64,000 nucleotides of DNA from Bdellovibrionota bacterium. GTDB lineage: Bacteria; Bdellovibrionota_C; UBA2361; OMII01. This document shows, piece after piece, positions 62,516-64,000 of the stretch. The stretch is taken from NCBI GenBank assembly GCA_044356215.1, contig JBIKWQ010000001.1:28311-92310 (forward strand), read 5' to 3'. Position 1 is the first letter of the stretch; every line of letters starts with the position of its first letter. The notes beneath the pieces are model-generated. The model ran no database searches. It had not been told where the DNA came from and worked only from the letters and a program-made list of their open reading frames with translations. Made by a program: the position numbers and the translations under genes.

Positions 62516-63526
62516 ATGCTCAAACACCCCTTTGCACTTTTGCTAGCACTACTAGGTGTCTTATTGATCCTTGAAACAGCTGCAGCTGATAGCCCGACAG
62601 TCGGAATGATTCTACCATTAACTGGACCGGCGGCTCCATTTGGAGCGATCGTCAAGAGAGGTGTGGATCGAGCAGTATCTCCGGCGCATCGGTTGACAGT
62701 AGAAGATGATGCCTGTGACCCGGCAAAGGCAATAAGTGCCTTTCGTAGCTTACGCCAATGAGGTTCGCGTTTATTTCTCGGCCCGTGCTGCACAACATCC
62801 ATGACCGCCATAGCTCCCATAATAAAGAAAGAGGGCCTCCTAGCGATGAATGTATGTACCGGCTCCGAGAGAGTTTGGGGCCTTTCTGGGCAACGCATAT
62901 TTCACTCGCAGATGTCAGCCGAAGAGGAGTCGCGTCAGAACGCTGAGATGATGTGGACCCGCGGTATTCGGAGTGTAGTACTGCTGTATGCTGAACAGGA
63001 ATACGCACTTGCTCACGAGCGCACATTTCGAGATGCATTTAAAGGCGATGTTGTTCAATCTCTTTCATTCTCGGGGTCGGACTCAGGTCAGGTTAAAAGC
63101 CTAGTTTTGAAACTCAAGTCCCTAAAATTTGACGCTCTATATATCCCAATAATGGAACCGTTCCTACTCGGTGTGCTGACTCAAGCTGCGAAGATCGGAG
63201 CGAAACCACCAAATGTATTTAGCGTGTTCTCCTTCGAGCTTCCGGAGGTTCTGGCCATGGAAGGGGTAAATGCAGAGGGTGTGATATATTCCTATCCTGA
63301 TATTCCTTCTGACCAGCCGGCCGCTGAATACTTTGCGGGCACCGGCGCCCAATTGTTTATGGATGCTGTTAACAACTGCGCCGATGACACGGATTGCGCT
63401 CTTCAGGAGACCATAAAATCAAATCGTTTTGACGCCAAGGGATTCCTAAAGGGGAAATTTATCTGGAAGACCGTACGTGGTGGGAAGTTTGTGAATTTAA
63501 GCGCCAGACCTCAGGGCGAGAATTAG
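62516..63526 (+). pseudogene. LivJ-like periplasmic binding protein with an in-frame TGA at 62759-62761
   Basis: ILPLTG, VEDDACDP; ORFs 62516 and 62801 are in the same frame and read LRQ*GSRLFLGPCC. Confidence 0.75.
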
Positions 63527-63539
63527 ACAGTCGGCTCCG

Positions 63540-63672
63540 CCCCCCCCCCCAGCACCGCCTCCCAGCACCTCCCCCAGCACCTCTCTCAGAGACCGCGCAT
63601 ACCTCCCAGCACCTCCTCCCAGCACCTCTCTCAGAGACCGCGCATACACCCGCGTCCATCCACCCGCGTCTA
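63540..63672. repeat. C-rich short repeats (CCCAGCACC x5; tandem duplication of about 45 bp; CACCCGCGTC x2)
   Basis: Directly visible. Confidence 0.8.
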
Positions 63673-63851
63673 CCTAGGGTATTCCAACCGTATCAAACCT
63701 CAAATTAATAGAATTTACACCCAAACCGCGGGGCCAACTCCAGCATACGGCGCCACCGAGGCTAAAAACGCCCCGCTAGTTACAAGAAAACCACCTCAGG
63801 CGCCGCCAAGCATCTCATTTAGGGGCTCTCTAGATACACCTATCCCGGAAA

Positions 63852-64000
63852 TCAGATGATCGTGCCGTTGCGGGCCACCGTGAATAACGGCGGCTTGTAG
63901 GTCCCTTCGGGAAATTTAGCGTCTAAATTCCCTGCCCTATAACTGGCCGAGGCTTCTTTGTATTCAAACTGAATCGGGAAATACCACGCATTCCCTGCGG
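63852..64000 (-). CDS. 3' end of a probable Y1/RAYT-like transposase (partial)
   Basis: ...FEYKEASASYRAGNLDAKFPEGTYKPP...* resembles the Y..A...FRAG....FP.GTY.P tail of RAYT-like transposases; HUH motif lies outside the window. Confidence 0.45.
   Translation of the reverse strand, partial: AGNAWYFPIQFEYKEASASYRAGNLDAKFPEGTYKPPLFTVARNGTII

Noticed and set aside
62759..62761. Selenocysteine or genetic-code reassignment of TGA
   Set aside because: Not a redox-enzyme context, no evident SECIS, and TGA serves as a normal stop elsewhere (e.g. panD and the hydrolase).
63548..63626. Chi-site cluster
   Set aside because: The reverse complement is GGTGCTGG, not E. coli Chi GCTGGTGG, and the Chi sequence of this lineage is unknown.

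Overview
A roughly 50% GC bacterial chromosome segment. Gene content and protein style suggest a deltaproteobacterial/Bdellovibrionota-like lineage; this is inference only. Core genes are the secE-nusG-rplKAJL-rpoBC cluster, sufBCD, purHD, trxA, prmA, dcd, a tRNA nucleotidyltransferase, panD, greB, manA with a UDPGP-type pyrophosphorylase, four tRNAs, a TPP riboswitch-controlled TonB receptor with thiN, and an acyl-CoA mutase/dehydrogenase/crotonase operon. Five things stand out. (1) Several full-length but apparently catalytically eroded proteins: an ArgRS-like protein at the usual argS-SPOR locus lacking HIGH/KMSK, a cysteine-free SPL-like radical-SAM protein with a clamp-binding tail, and a GlpD-like protein. 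(2) A divergent RelA/SpoT-synthetase-like protein directly downstream of tRNA-Trp. (3) At least three families of non-autonomous palindromic elements; one copy disrupts an ORF6N gene with a 5-bp target duplication. (4) A covarying hairpin repeat array inside a rearranged tRNA cluster that lacks tuf, tRNA-Gly and rpmG. (5) A decayed accessory patch with an intact toxin-antitoxin pair downstream of rpoC. All family calls come from motif recognition by eye; no searches were run.
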